Source: an uncultured delta proteobacterium | GTDB lineage: Bacteria > Desulfobacterota > Desulfomonilia > Desulfomonilales > Desulfomonilaceae | Direction of reading: 5' to 3' | Length of the DNA: 64,000 bases | NCBI GenBank assembly: GCA_963789265.1 | Contig: CAWBKB010000006.1 | Coordinates: 288,001 to 352,000 of the forward strand | Shown here: in pieces, positions 9,725 to 19,920 of the stretch | How the letters are laid out: each line of letters starts with the position of its first letter | Numbering within the stretch: position 1 is the stretch's first letter | Notes under the pieces: model-generated | What the model saw: only the letters and a program-made list of their open reading frames with translations | Databases searched by the model: none | Told to the model about the DNA's origin: nothing | Position numbers and translations under genes: made by a program

Positions 9725-9806
9725 TGTCATTGCGAGCGAAGCAATTGAAATGGAAGACTGGCCACAAGAGCTGGATTGCTTCGTCGCGTTGCTCCTCGCA
9801 ATGACA
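9725..9806. repeat. REP-like palindromic element
   Basis: Perfect 12-bp inverted ends TGTCATTGCGAG / CTCGCAATGACA with inner GAAGCAAT / ATTGCTTC. Confidence 0.7.
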
Positions 9807-9934
9807 GTTTCCGCGTAAATGAACAATTTCAGACCGGTGACTCGCGGTTGAAGCTCACGGCCTACTATGCTAATTTAGCTTACATATATTTCGATGATTG
9901 AATAGGCTGCTTGCCGTTGACAGATGGAGGAGTC

Positions 9935-10888
9935 GTGTTTATCAAACCCAATGAGCATTCGTTTCTGACCGGTACCGAGCCCTTTTTTAAGATGGTCCCG
10001 CTGGACGCGACAAAGGCCAGGGTCGACGAAGAGTTGCTCTTTGAGCCTCATCACGAGGGATTTATAGGCATACCTCATGGGGGGTTGCCCATGGGATTGT
10101 GCCTGGATGCCTGGCGTCGAACCAGGGAGCCTTCATATCCTGTGCAGGTCAATTTCAGGTTCGGCGGCTCCGGAATTAAAATAGGGGATAAGGCCGTATT
10201 TACGGTCGAGCAGAATCCTGAAGACGAAAAGTCATGCTTCTCGGCACAAATAACTAAGAATGGTGACAAAACCCCGTATCTGAGGGCCGAGATTCGATCG
10301 GCTGCACTCGCCGGAAATCCTGGCGGCATTCCAGCGCCGCCTACCGAGGAGTTTCGCGGCCTCCCGTACTATAAAAACTGCTTTGTATGCGGCCATCACA
10401 GAACCATAACCGGTTTGCAACGAAGATTTAGACTTCACGAATCAGACGGCACCACGGTGATAACCACTCCATGGGGCCTTGATGCGACCGATGCGGAAAG
10501 GGCAGAGAATTTTCTCATAAAGAACGAAGAGCTGCACCCGGCGGTTCTGATCTCGATTTTTGACGAGAATACGGCGTGGGGCGGGTTCATGATGACTAGA
10601 GCCGTGGGACTATCGGTCCGGGTCGAATTTACGATCTTAAGGCCCGTATCCAGGCACGAGAAGTTGCTCTTCGTGAGCGAGCCCACGGGCATACGAGGCA
10701 ATCCTCGTAACCCTCGTTTCTTTCTTGCGAAAGGCACAATACTTTCCATGACGGATCCGGGACGTCCCGAACCCGTGGCTTACGGACGCGGTGAGTGGTT
10801 GATCGCGGATCAATATACTCAGCAGATTAAGCGGAACCTACTACCCGAAGACGACTGGAGTTGGATTTTCCCGGACAATGGAGACTGA
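9935..10888 (+). CDS. Putative double hot-dog-fold (PaaI/thioesterase-like) protein
   Basis: HEGFIGIPHGG in the first half; CFVCG...GL and LHPAVLISIFDE in the second half. GTG start chosen after GGAGGAG. Confidence 0.65.
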   Translation: MFIKPNEHSFLTGTEPFFKMVPLDATKARVDEELLFEPHHEGFIGIPHGGLPMGLCLDAWRRTREPSYPVQVNFRFGGSGIKIGDKAVFTVEQNPEDEKSCFSAQITKNGDKTPYLRAEIRSAALAGNPGGIPAPPTEEFRGLPYYKNCFVCGHHRTITGLQRRFRLHESDGTTVITTPWGLDATDAERAENFLIKNEELHPAVLISIFDENTAWGGFMMTRAVGLSVRVEFTILRPVSRHEKLLFVSEPTGIRGNPRNPRFFLAKGTILSMTDPGRPEPVAYGRGEWLIADQYTQQIKRNLLPEDDWSWIFPDNGD

Positions 10889-10999
10889 GGAAAAGAATAC
10901 AGTCTTGTTGAGCACGGCGGTGCAGCCTTGCCGAGAGACTGTGCACCGGCTTCATGCCCGGTAATTTGGGCAGTGGAAAAGCACCTTAGAGGTGAAAGA

Positions 11000-11731
11000 G
11001 TGTTCGAACACGTGATTGAAGGCGTTCGGTGGATACCGGGCAAGGACAAATTCCTTCCCGATTCCCACATGTATGTAATCGGGAAGCCCGATTCAGATGA
11101 TTTTTCCCTGGTGGATTGCGGACTGATGCAGATGGGCGCGTATAAGCTCGAAGCCTTGAAGAGTTGCGAAATTCCATTGGATAAGGTGAAGCGCGTCATC
11201 ATGACCCACACCCATCTGGATCATATCGGGTGCCTGCCCGAAATATTGGAGGCCATTCCCGAACTGGAAGTATGGGTTCACAAGGACGAAGCCGATCATC
11301 TGGAGCGCGGTGACGACCGAATAGTCTTTGGCAATCAAATGTTCGAGTCCATGATCCGTTCCCAGTACACGATCTCCAAGGACTTTTTCAAGATAAATGT
11401 TCACAGAAAGCTGAAAGGCGGCGAGGCCCTCGATTTAGGTGGGCTCACGTTCAACGTGATCCATCTACCGGGGCATTCAGCGGGAAGCATCGGCCTTTTC
11501 AATGAGGACCACAAGCTCTTGATGTCCGGTGACACGATCTATGCTGACGGAGCCATAGGCCGCTACGATCTGGTTTCCGCGAATACCGCGGAACTGAAAC
11601 GTTCCCTGGAGTTAATCGCCGATTTGGACGTGGACGTACTGCTGCCTTGCCATAACAGGATTGTCAGGAGTGGAGCCGGGCCCATGGTCAAGAATACTGT
11701 TCGTCAATGGACCCCTCTGCTGGGAGCATAA
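11000..11731 (+). CDS. MBL-fold metallo-hydrolase
   Basis: THTHLDHIG (HxHxDH), PGHSAG, SGD and LPCH motifs; GTG start after GAGGTG. Confidence 0.9.
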   Translation: MFEHVIEGVRWIPGKDKFLPDSHMYVIGKPDSDDFSLVDCGLMQMGAYKLEALKSCEIPLDKVKRVIMTHTHLDHIGCLPEILEAIPELEVWVHKDEADHLERGDDRIVFGNQMFESMIRSQYTISKDFFKINVHRKLKGGEALDLGGLTFNVIHLPGHSAGSIGLFNEDHKLLMSGDTIYADGAIGRYDLVSANTAELKRSLELIADLDVDVLLPCHNRIVRSGAGPMVKNTVRQWTPLLGA

Positions 11732-11753
11732 TATACCTTATGAGGATTAAAGC

Positions 11754-13682
11754 ATGGGAAGGACAGTCGCGGAAAAAATTATCGAAGCCCATCTCGTAAA
11801 AGGAAAACTTGAGGCCGGTTCCGAAATAGCTATCAAAATTGACCACACTCTCACTCAAGACGCGACAGGGACCATGGCTTTCCTTGAATTTACGGCCATG
11901 GAGGTTCCCAGGGTTAAGACGGAAGTTTCAGTCAGCTACGTGGATCACAATCTTCTGCAATCCGATTTCAAGAATGCCGACGATCACCGTTTCCTGAGAA
12001 CTGCCGCTGCAAAGTATGGGGTGGTGTTCAGCAGACCCGGCAACGGAGTGTCCCATCAGGTGCATCTGGAGCGCTTCAGCGTGCCGGGTAAGACACTTTT
12101 GGGCGCGGACAGCCACACCACCACCAATGCCGGCAGTTCCATGCTGGCCATTGGGGCTGGGGGGTTGGACGTTGCCATGGCCATGGCCGGACATCCTTTT
12201 TACCTATCCATGCCCAAGATTGTCGGTGTGCGGCTCACCGGCTCCCTTCAACCGTGGGTGTCGGCAATGGATGTGATCCTTGAAATGTTGCGCAGGCTAA
12301 CGGTGAAGGGCGGCCTGGGCAAAATCTTCGAATACTTCGGGCCGGGCGTCGAGAACCTGTCCACAACCGACCGGGCCACCATAGGCAACATGGGCGCGGA
12401 GTTGGGCGCGACAACCAGCATGTTTCCTTCAGATAGGCGCACACGGGAATTCCTCGAAAGTCAGGGTCGCGGCCACGTCTGGACGGAGATCGTGGCGGAT
12501 CCGGATGCCAGGTACAGCGAAATTATCGAACTTGACCTTGACGGGCTCGAACCTTTGATCGCCTGTCCCAGTTCCCCGGGAAACGTGAAGAAGGTTTCAG
12601 AAGTGGAAGGCATCGAAGTGTCCCAGGTGATCATCGGTTCCTCGGTGAATTCATCTTTCCGAAACTTCATGGTAGTGGCCAAGGCGGTGGCGGGGCGGCA
12701 CTGCCACCCCGACTTGAGCTTTGATATCAATCCTGGCAGTAGTCAGGTCCTTCTGAACGTGGCAGAGGCAGGTGGGGTTGCCGACCTAATTTTGAGCGGA
12801 GCGCGTATTCACCAGTCCGGTTGCCTGGGCTGCATCGGTATGGGGCAGGCTCCCGCTACCGGAGCAGTCTCACTGAGAACTTTTCCGAGGAACTTCCCCG
12901 GCCGGAGCGGGACCTTTCCTGATGAGGTTTACCTCTGCTCGCCTCAGACGGCGGTTGCCGCGGCACTTCGGGGAAAAATCAGCGACCCGAGAGCCCTTGG
13001 AGACTATCCAAAGGTTTCCGAGCCGATCAAATACTCGCTTAATGATGAAAATCTCGTGCAACCCGCATCGGATCCCGCTGCGGTGGAAATCCTCATGGGG
13101 CCGAATATCAAGCCTTTCCCCAAGTTCGACAGACTGGAAGAGACCATCGAAGGCCCCATAGTCATCAAAGTGGGGAACAACATCAGCACGGATGAAATCA
13201 TGCCCGCGGGGAGCAAGGTCCTGCCCTTGCGGAGCAACGTAGAGGCCATCAGCGAATTTGTGTTCAACAACATTGATCCGGATTTTCCTCGCCGTGCCGG
13301 GGCCGCAAAGTTGGGTTTCGTGCTGGGGGGTGATAATTACGGTCAGGGCTCGTCAAGGGAGCACGCGGCCATCGCTCCGCGCTTCCTGGGCATCCGTGCC
13401 AAGCTGGCCAAGAGCTTTGCAAGGATTCACAAGGCCAACCTCATCAACTTCGGAATACTCCCGCTGACATTTGCCGAGCCGAACGACTACGAAACGCTTT
13501 CCGCGGACGATGTAATCCGCCTCGACGGAGTACGAACCGCTGTAGAGCAGGGGAAAGAGGAGTTGATTGCGGAAGTGGCGCAGTCCCAAAGAAAGATTAT
13601 TTTGAGGCTGAACGTGACTGAACGTGAGAGAAAGATTTTGGTTGCAGGCGGGCTGATAAACCTGGCCGGACGAGGTCGTTGA
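11754..13682 (+). CDS. Aconitate hydratase (short, about 640-aa type)
   Basis: TQDATG, DHN, GADSHT, CLGCIG, RTFPRNF and YGQGSSREHA motifs. Confidence 0.9.
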   Translation: MGRTVAEKIIEAHLVKGKLEAGSEIAIKIDHTLTQDATGTMAFLEFTAMEVPRVKTEVSVSYVDHNLLQSDFKNADDHRFLRTAAAKYGVVFSRPGNGVSHQVHLERFSVPGKTLLGADSHTTTNAGSSMLAIGAGGLDVAMAMAGHPFYLSMPKIVGVRLTGSLQPWVSAMDVILEMLRRLTVKGGLGKIFEYFGPGVENLSTTDRATIGNMGAELGATTSMFPSDRRTREFLESQGRGHVWTEIVADPDARYSEIIELDLDGLEPLIACPSSPGNVKKVSEVEGIEVSQVIIGSSVNSSFRNFMVVAKAVAGRHCHPDLSFDINPGSSQVLLNVAEAGGVADLILSGARIHQSGCLGCIGMGQAPATGAVSLRTFPRNFPGRSGTFPDEVYLCSPQTAVAAALRGKISDPRALGDYPKVSEPIKYSLNDENLVQPASDPAAVEILMGPNIKPFPKFDRLEETIEGPIVIKVGNNISTDEIMPAGSKVLPLRSNVEAISEFVFNNIDPDFPRRAGAAKLGFVLGGDNYGQGSSREHAAIAPRFLGIRAKLAKSFARIHKANLINFGILPLTFAEPNDYETLSADDVIRLDGVRTAVEQGKEELIAEVAQSQRKIILRLNVTERERKILVAGGLINLAGRGR

Positions 13683-13764
13683 AGAGCGACTAGTAGTGAC
13701 TCTTGCCTTCAAGGAAGTGACACTGTGTTTTTAGAGGACAATCTCGCCCTGGAGCGACCTCCGG

Positions 13765-13991
13765 TCGTCATCCCCGCGAACACGGGCATACATTGTAGGG
13801 GCACCTCTCGTGGGTGCCCCCAAAAGGGCTGGCACAAGCCCCATTTGACCTATACACACCCGCACAACTGAGGTCGCCACGTCGAGACGCGGGCCTCGGG
13901 ATTCTCGTGTGCGTGCGAATGACACCCAACCACAGATTGCGCAGATGACGTAGATAATGAATCTGGATTCCCGCGCACGTTGGAATGACGT
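13765..13991. repeat. Cluster of degenerate REP-like palindromes
   Basis: CGTCATCCCCGCGAA..., GTAGGGGCACCTCTCGTGGGTGCCCC and GGATTCCCGCGCACGTTGGAATGACG between convergent genes. Confidence 0.55.
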
Positions 13992-14113
13992 CGGGCTGAT
14001 GCCCCTTGCGTCGGAAAGATGCGTCCCAGCATCCCTCGAGGGCGAATGTCCCCCTTCTTCATGATGGATCAGCGTAAATGCGTACGAGGGGGAGGCCGGT
14101 CCGCGCCGTCCTT

Positions 14114-14617
14114 CTACGAGGGTTGACGGGTGGGACCTTTCTCCATTTTCTGCCTGACAAAAATCTCATCAGCGTCTTGTTTCTTGAGAGGGACGAGATT
14201 TTTTCCGTGGTGGAAGAGCAGATGCTTAGGATCGGTCTCCTTCACAATAATTCGTACCACCGGCCCTGAATCCCAGTACAACGTCAGAAGCGGCGGCGCA
14301 TACGAGAAGCCACCGGCCCCCGCAGCGATCCATTTCTGCGCTTCATCTCCCCGATAGGTCGAGCTGAAGGTCCCGTTATTGCTAAACTTCAGTTTCATGA
14401 GACGGCTGGTCGCGGGCACGTCCTGACCTTTAATGACGCGTGAAGTCAGAACCCATGTACCTGCCAGACGGGACGTGTCAGCCGTCTTTTCGGTGGATCC
14501 TGTTCGACTGCTGCAGGATACGAGGAGACAACTAAAGAGGAGTAGGCCCAGGATTGGCGTGTAACAGTGGAAGAAGCGCGGCCTAATGTTTTGCGCAAAA
14601 CGGTAGAGTGTCAACAT
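14114..14617 (-). CDS. Lipocalin-like lipoprotein
   Basis: Lipobox LVSC; LAGTW motif followed by a beta-rich LKFSNNGTF segment. Start approximate. Confidence 0.6.
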   Translation of the reverse strand: MLTLYRFAQNIRPRFFHCYTPILGLLLFSCLLVSCSSRTGSTEKTADTSRLAGTWVLTSRVIKGQDVPATSRLMKLKFSNNGTFSSTYRGDEAQKWIAAGAGGFSYAPPLLTLYWDSGPVVRIIVKETDPKHLLFHHGKNLVPLKKQDADEIFVRQKMEKGPTRQPS

Positions 14618-14631
14618 TTTACCCTGTAAAT

Positions 14632-14671
14632 GGACAAGGCGATAGTGCCCCGAAGGCTCATCGCCTTGTCC
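14632..14671 (-). terminator. Hairpin downstream of the Ser-rich peptide gene
   Basis: 12-bp perfect stem GGACAAGGCGAT / ATCGCCTTGTCC; U-tract is weak. Confidence 0.5.
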
Positions 14672-14717
14672 ATTCAACTCTGCGAACTGAACGCGCGGTC
14701 GCTAATCGACCAGAATA

Positions 14718-15128
14718 TTAGTACCAGCCGCTGGATGAGCTGCTCGCCGGCCAGTAACCACCGCTGCTGCTTGAAGAAGAAGCATAGTAGTTATAGCCGC
14801 CGCTGCTACTGCTGCTGGAACAGCCGTAGTAATTGTAACCACCGCTGCTACTGCTGCTGCTCGAAGCGGGCGCGCAGCAAGTCCGGACACAGCAACAACC
14901 GCTGCTGCTGGACGAGCACGCCGGCCAATAACCGCTGCTGGATGAACTTGCCGGATAGTAACCACTGCTGCTGGATGAACTTGCCGGATAGTAGCCGCTG
15001 CTGGATGAACAACAGCCATTGGCTCCACCCCACGAAGCATAGGGGGCCCAAGCATAGAAGCCTATAGCGTATGTTGCAAACAACATAACCATACCGACAA
15101 CTGCAAGCGCTACTGCAAATCTTTTCAT
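14718..15128 (-). CDS. Secreted poly-Ser/Gly-Tyr/Cys repeat peptide (136 aa)
   Basis: AGGAGG RBS, MKRFAVALAVVGMVMLFATYAIG signal peptide, eight S4-7-G runs encoded by mixed TCN/AGY codons. Confidence 0.8.
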   Translation of the reverse strand: MKRFAVALAVVGMVMLFATYAIGFYAWAPYASWGGANGCCSSSSGYYPASSSSSSGYYPASSSSSGYWPACSSSSSGCCCVRTCCAPASSSSSSSGGYNYYGCSSSSSSGGYNYYASSSSSSGGYWPASSSSSGWY

Positions 15129-15446
15129 CGAAACAAATACCTCCTCATGGAATAAAAGTCTCATTCTTCTGCTCTCGGCATCGAGAACAGTTTTTCCCTC
15201 TTGAAATAGTGAGACAAGCTATAACCTAATCGCTATCACGGACAGAAGCCTTTGTCAATCTTTATTTGTTTTGCCGACTCCTGTTGTCCCACTCATTCCG
15301 GACCGCAAGCCCGAAATGCCCCTTGACTCACCTCGGCTGTCTGTTAGGATTCCCTTAAATTCGATCCTTGTCAAGGAATTTTTCAAATGGCACAAAATTG
15401 CAGGCCCGCAAACACATCGGCGACAATAGGGCATTCCCCGGCTACC

Positions 15447-17497
15447 ATGCCTGAACTTTCCCGGACATGCTGGCTAAAAACTACTTTTGTAACAACGATA
15501 TGCGCGATTGTCATTATTATGTTTATGCTGAAAATATCCCTACTCTCTGTTATGGCAGGAGAAAACAATATAAATGACGAGAGTCCGGCGAGCCCGCAGG
15601 GAGGGCCTCAGAGAGTGACTGAACTACACACCGCCGGCTCGGAAGTCGACCGCCTTCTCGACAACTTCAAACCTGCAACCGCGCCGGCAGCGGAGCCTCG
15701 GGACGCGTCCCCGCGACGGAACCGGATCGTTATTTGAAAACAAGATACGCACAGTTGGAGAGTTGTTGGCGGCACGCGACATCGACAAGGCCAGAGAGAT
15801 CGTGAGGCAAACGATTTATGACTGTGAATCGGGGGAAGGAAACCCCCGCGACTGCTCCCAGTGGTTGGAATTTCTGCGAGGCCTCAACTCGATCCTTGCC
15901 AAGCCGGTCAAACAGAAGATGGTCAAGAATTCCTTGGGCATGGCCCTAGTCCGCATACCGGCAGGGGAATATATGATGGGTAGCCTCAAGCGGGAAATGG
16001 ATTGGCTGAGGTTGACCTTCAAGAAGACCTGGAGAGAGGGGCACAAGCAGTGGTTTCAGGACGAACTCCCCCTCCATCCTGTGCGAATCACTCGGCCCTT
16101 CTATATGGGCGCCACCGATGTCACAGTAGGACAGTTTCGGCAGTTCGTCAAAGACACGAACTACAAGACCGAGGCCGAAAAGGGCGATGGTGGAATGATA
16201 TACAGCACGAAGGAAGAGCGTTGGGTGGCTAGGAAGTCCATGAAATGGGACTCGGTGCCCTGGCCCATCGGGGACGATCAGCCGGTTGTCTTTGTTTCAT
16301 GGAATGACGCTCAGGCTTTTTGCCGCTGGTTGAGCCGTAAAGAAAACCGGACCTATCGTCTGCCTACCGAGGCGGAATGGGAGATGGCATGCCGAGGCGG
16401 TTCGGTTCTGGACGCGTTATCCTTGGGGGGATCGCCTACCCGGGGACCGAGACTCTAATTTCGGAGACGGCAACTCGAAATTGCCTGAAAGCATGACCAC
16501 CGTAAACGACGGTTACAAATACGTTTCACCGGTTCGAGCCTTTCCTCCAAATGGATACGGCCTTTACGACATGGCTGGAAATGTAATGCAATGGGTCCAG
16601 GACTGGTACGAGAGAAACTACTATGAAAATTCGCCGCTGGAAGACCCGAAGGGACCCGGCACGGGCACCGGCAGAGTTAACAAAGGAGGGAACTGGTATT
16701 CCAGCCCGGCCGATTGCAGGTGCGCATTCCGCGGCTTTTCCGGTCCGAGCATGAGCTTCTGGAATTTGGGCTTTCGAGTGGTGATGGAGGCGCCTAAACC
16801 GGAACAGGGAATTTTGGCGTCCAAAGCAAGACGTTCAGGGGAATCGAAGGTCAAAGAGTCTTCTGATAGCATGTTTCCTCCAAGTGATGAGGATGGGGTG
16901 CGTCTGTTTCGCCAAGCCATGTTCGCTGCTGAGCAACAACAGTGGGATCAGGCGACCGAGGATCTCGAAAAGGCGTTAAAAGTCTATGAGAAACGGGAAG
17001 ATCTCAAGTGGATAGCCAGAGTGAAAGCCACATTAGCCGGCATTTATGCTGAACGGAACAGAAAATATAAAAGCAAAGAACTCTATATCCAGGCCCTTGC
17101 GGAGTTCCGAAAAATGGGGGACTCCGCCAACTCCCGTATCATCCTTGCGCGTCTGGAGGATCTCGAAACATCACCTGGAGTGAAAGTGGTCCAGGTAAAA
17201 AAGGGGGGAATCGCCGCTAAAGCAGGGATTGTACCCGGAGACATCATAATTGAGTATGGTGGGGAAACCGGCTTTCGAGTCATAGGGTTCAAGAAACTCG
17301 TCGATGAGTACTCACGGTCTGGCCAGGTAACGCTGAGCGTCATGAATAATGGTGAGATTACCACCACGGTGGTCTCAGGCGGTCCTTTAGGAGTAGCCCT
17401 TGAAGATATCAAGCGGCCCCCGCGTCCGGCACGACCTGCCGAGGAGGCACGACCTCGTGGTAGGCGGAGACCCAGGCCGGCAAGAGCAAGACGCTGA
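15447..17497 (+). CDS. Membrane-anchored SUMF1/FGE-sulfatase-domain + TPR + PDZ protein (two apparent frameshifts, near 15720 and 16405)
   Basis: Three ORF-track pieces join. FGE motifs IPAGEYMMGS, PVVFVSWNDA, RLPTEAEWE, (RYPWG after the shift), NGYGLYDMAGNV, LGFR; TPR-like helices; PDZ GVKVVQVKKGGIAAKAGIVPGDII. Start approximate. Confidence 0.75.
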
Positions 17498-17560
17498 ACT
17501 CGCCTCGCTGCGGCAGCCATCGGCGGATTTTCAGGCTCTCTTTTCGCAGGGAGTTATACC

Positions 17561-17839
17561 AATTCGCGTTCAAAGTTAGAACGAAATCCCCTCTAACCCC
17601 CGTAGTCGTTAAAATAGAGTTGGCTGCTTGGTCTTGAGCACTTCAGACGACTGACAGGTCTTCAAAGTCCCCCTTTTGTAAAGGGGGATTTAAGGGGATT
17701 TTCAATTAGTTATCCCAAAATCCCCCCTGCCCCCCTTTAAGAAAGGGGGGAAAATCCTCGGCCCGCGGAGCTACTTTAACGCCTATGCCTCTAACTCCCC
17801 TTTAAGAAAGGAGGGAAGGGCGGATTTTGAATGCGAATT
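17561..17839. mobile_element. Nested MITE-like elements
   Basis: Inner element 17601-17787 with TIRs CGTAGTCGTTAAAATAG / CTACTTTAACGCCTATG (14/17) and 11-bp TSD CCTCTAAC(C/T)CC. Outer inverted ends AATTCGCGTTCAAA / TTTGAATGCGAATT (13/14). Confidence 0.65.
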
Positions 17840-17886
17840 CCCACAAAGCTTGCCCGAAGCAAAACCGGAATTCGAGATCTTCAATC

Positions 17887-19335
17887 TTATGAGCCTACGG
17901 CGCCTCGAATCTTTTGTATCAGTTGGCTGGTCGATATCCCGTCGATGTGTTTGACGAATTCCACCCTTCCTCCTCTTGCTTTCACGATAGCTTCGCCGAC
18001 CACCTCCTTGCCTCTCCAGTCTTCACCTTTAACCAGGATGTCGGGACGCAGCTCCTTGATGAGATTTTCGGGGGTATCTTCTTCGAAGACCACGACAAAG
18101 TCCACGAAGCTCAGGGCCGAAACCAGTTCCACTCGATCGGCTTGAGCAATGATGGGGCGGCCGGGTCCCTTGATGCGAGAGACCGATCGGTCGGAATTGA
18201 TGCCGACCACCATGATATCTCCCATAGCGGAAGCCTTGCGCAGGATTTCAAGATGTCCCGCGTGAAACAGGTCAAAGCATCCATTCGTGAAGACAATCTT
18301 GTGCCCCTGAATTCTGTGGTTGCCGAGTTCCGCGGCGATATCTAGCAAAGCAACCACCTTGGTGCTCGAAGGCTTCTGTCTGAGAGCGTCGATCATCTCC
18401 TCAAGACTCGCGGAAGCAGCCCCAAAACGGGCCACCACGATGGACGCGGCTAGGTTGGCCAGATTGATAGCCTCCTCAATGGACAGGCCGTTTGCCACTG
18501 CCAGCCCGAGCGCTGAAATCACAGTGTCACCTGCGCCGGTAACATCCACGATTTCCACCGGTTTCACGGGAAAATCCTGTGCCTTATGCCCGGTAACGAG
18601 CGTAATTCCGTCTCTTCCCCGCGTAATAATTAGGGCTTCCGCTTCCGTCTGGTCCAGAAGGATGCGGGCTGCCTCCACAAGCGTTTCCTTATTTCTGATT
18701 TCGATTCCTGAGGCCAGAGAGGCTTCCCGCAGATTGGGGGTAATATAAGTCGCCCCACGGTACTTCCTGAAATCCATCCCCTTGGGATCCACCAAACTGG
18801 GGATCCTGTTTGAGCGGGCTGACTCCAACAGAGCCTGGAGGAGGTTTGGGGTGAGAAAACCTTTGCCGTAATCGGAAATGATGGCTGCCTTGACCTGAGG
18901 CATGACCGATTTGACCTCCTCAAGAACCACCCGTTCTATTTCAGCGGGGATCTCGGCAATTCTTTCTTCGTCAATGCGCACAATCTGTTGGTTTCTGGCG
19001 ACCACGCGAGTCTTTATGGTAGTTGGGCGAGAAGGATCGTCTTTCAACCAGAAACTCTCTACAGCCATCTCTTCGCAATTCTTTTTGAACCAACTCCCGG
19101 GGTTGTCCTTACCCACCGTCGCGAACAGTGCCACAGTGCCCCCCATGGTAACTAGGTTCTTAACAACGTTCCCCGCGCCTCCCAGTCTGCGGAGTCGGTC
19201 ACGGGCCACCACTACAGGCACCGGTGATTCAGGGGATATGCGCTCGACTTCGCCGACGACGTATTCGTCAACCATCACATCGCCGGCTACCAGAATAGGT
19301 GCCGGTTTCAATGATCTAAGCAGGTTTTCGTTCAC
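17887..19335 (-). CDS. hldE: Bifunctional heptose-7-phosphate kinase / heptose-1-phosphate adenylyltransferase
   Basis: PfkB kinase domain (GGAGNV, SDYGKG, DVTGAGDT) plus adenylyltransferase domain (FTNGCFDLFHAGH, LVKGEDW). GTG start after GGAGG. Confidence 0.95.
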   Translation of the reverse strand: MNENLLRSLKPAPILVAGDVMVDEYVVGEVERISPESPVPVVVARDRLRRLGGAGNVVKNLVTMGGTVALFATVGKDNPGSWFKKNCEEMAVESFWLKDDPSRPTTIKTRVVARNQQIVRIDEERIAEIPAEIERVVLEEVKSVMPQVKAAIISDYGKGFLTPNLLQALLESARSNRIPSLVDPKGMDFRKYRGATYITPNLREASLASGIEIRNKETLVEAARILLDQTEAEALIITRGRDGITLVTGHKAQDFPVKPVEIVDVTGAGDTVISALGLAVANGLSIEEAINLANLAASIVVARFGAASASLEEMIDALRQKPSSTKVVALLDIAAELGNHRIQGHKIVFTNGCFDLFHAGHLEILRKASAMGDIMVVGINSDRSVSRIKGPGRPIIAQADRVELVSALSFVDFVVVFEEDTPENLIKELRPDILVKGEDWRGKEVVGEAIVKARGGRVEFVKHIDGISTSQLIQKIRGAVGS

Positions 19336-19920
19336 TTGAGATCCTCCGGAATTCAAATGGCCGCGCCGCGGTTTTATCCGCCTTTTGCGTTCTCCTTAGA
19401 AGCGGACGGAGAACGAAGAGAACCTCTTCTCAAAAGGCCCTATCACTTCATAGCCTGTGCTAAAGGGGTTTTGCAACAGCTCGATGAACTTTTCGGCCCG
19501 CGCATACTATAAATTACATGCACAAATATTGACAACATCAAGTTTATAATTGCTTTTTATGCACTTTCTTGTTAGACGAATGGCCGGGAAGGAACATAGT
19601 AGGTACAACAATGCACGACCTCTCGTTTAGATCTCATCTATCAGCTTCCAATCGTGCCGAACAAAGCCCGGGCCGGTCACTTGATCGAATCAATGTGCCG
19701 GCCCGGCTCCACTTACCTGCGAGCCTTTTAGAGTCTTGCTCGGGACTCAGGTACCAGCAGCCGTCTTTGCAATGGGCTACTCGAGGAATCATGTACCTTT
19801 TCAAAGCGCCCTCCTTTCCGTTTGAGGAAACATGTTGATTGATACACCTATCTGTACTTAGTCAACGTCCGCTCATCTTGTCAAGGTCGCGGCCATCCGC
19901 CGGAACGGAACGAAGAGAAC

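Noticed and set aside
14630..15067. Cys-rich 145-aa plus-strand ORF and Ala-rich 117-aa alternative frame
   Set aside because: By-products of the AGC-rich repeats; only the Ser frame has an RBS and signal peptide.
15388..15402. TGGCACAAAATTGCA as a sigma54 promoter
   Set aside because: GG-to-GC spacing is 9 rather than the required 10.
15735..15737. TGA as a second selenocysteine codon
   Set aside because: The downstream ORF is in a different frame; this is an indel break.
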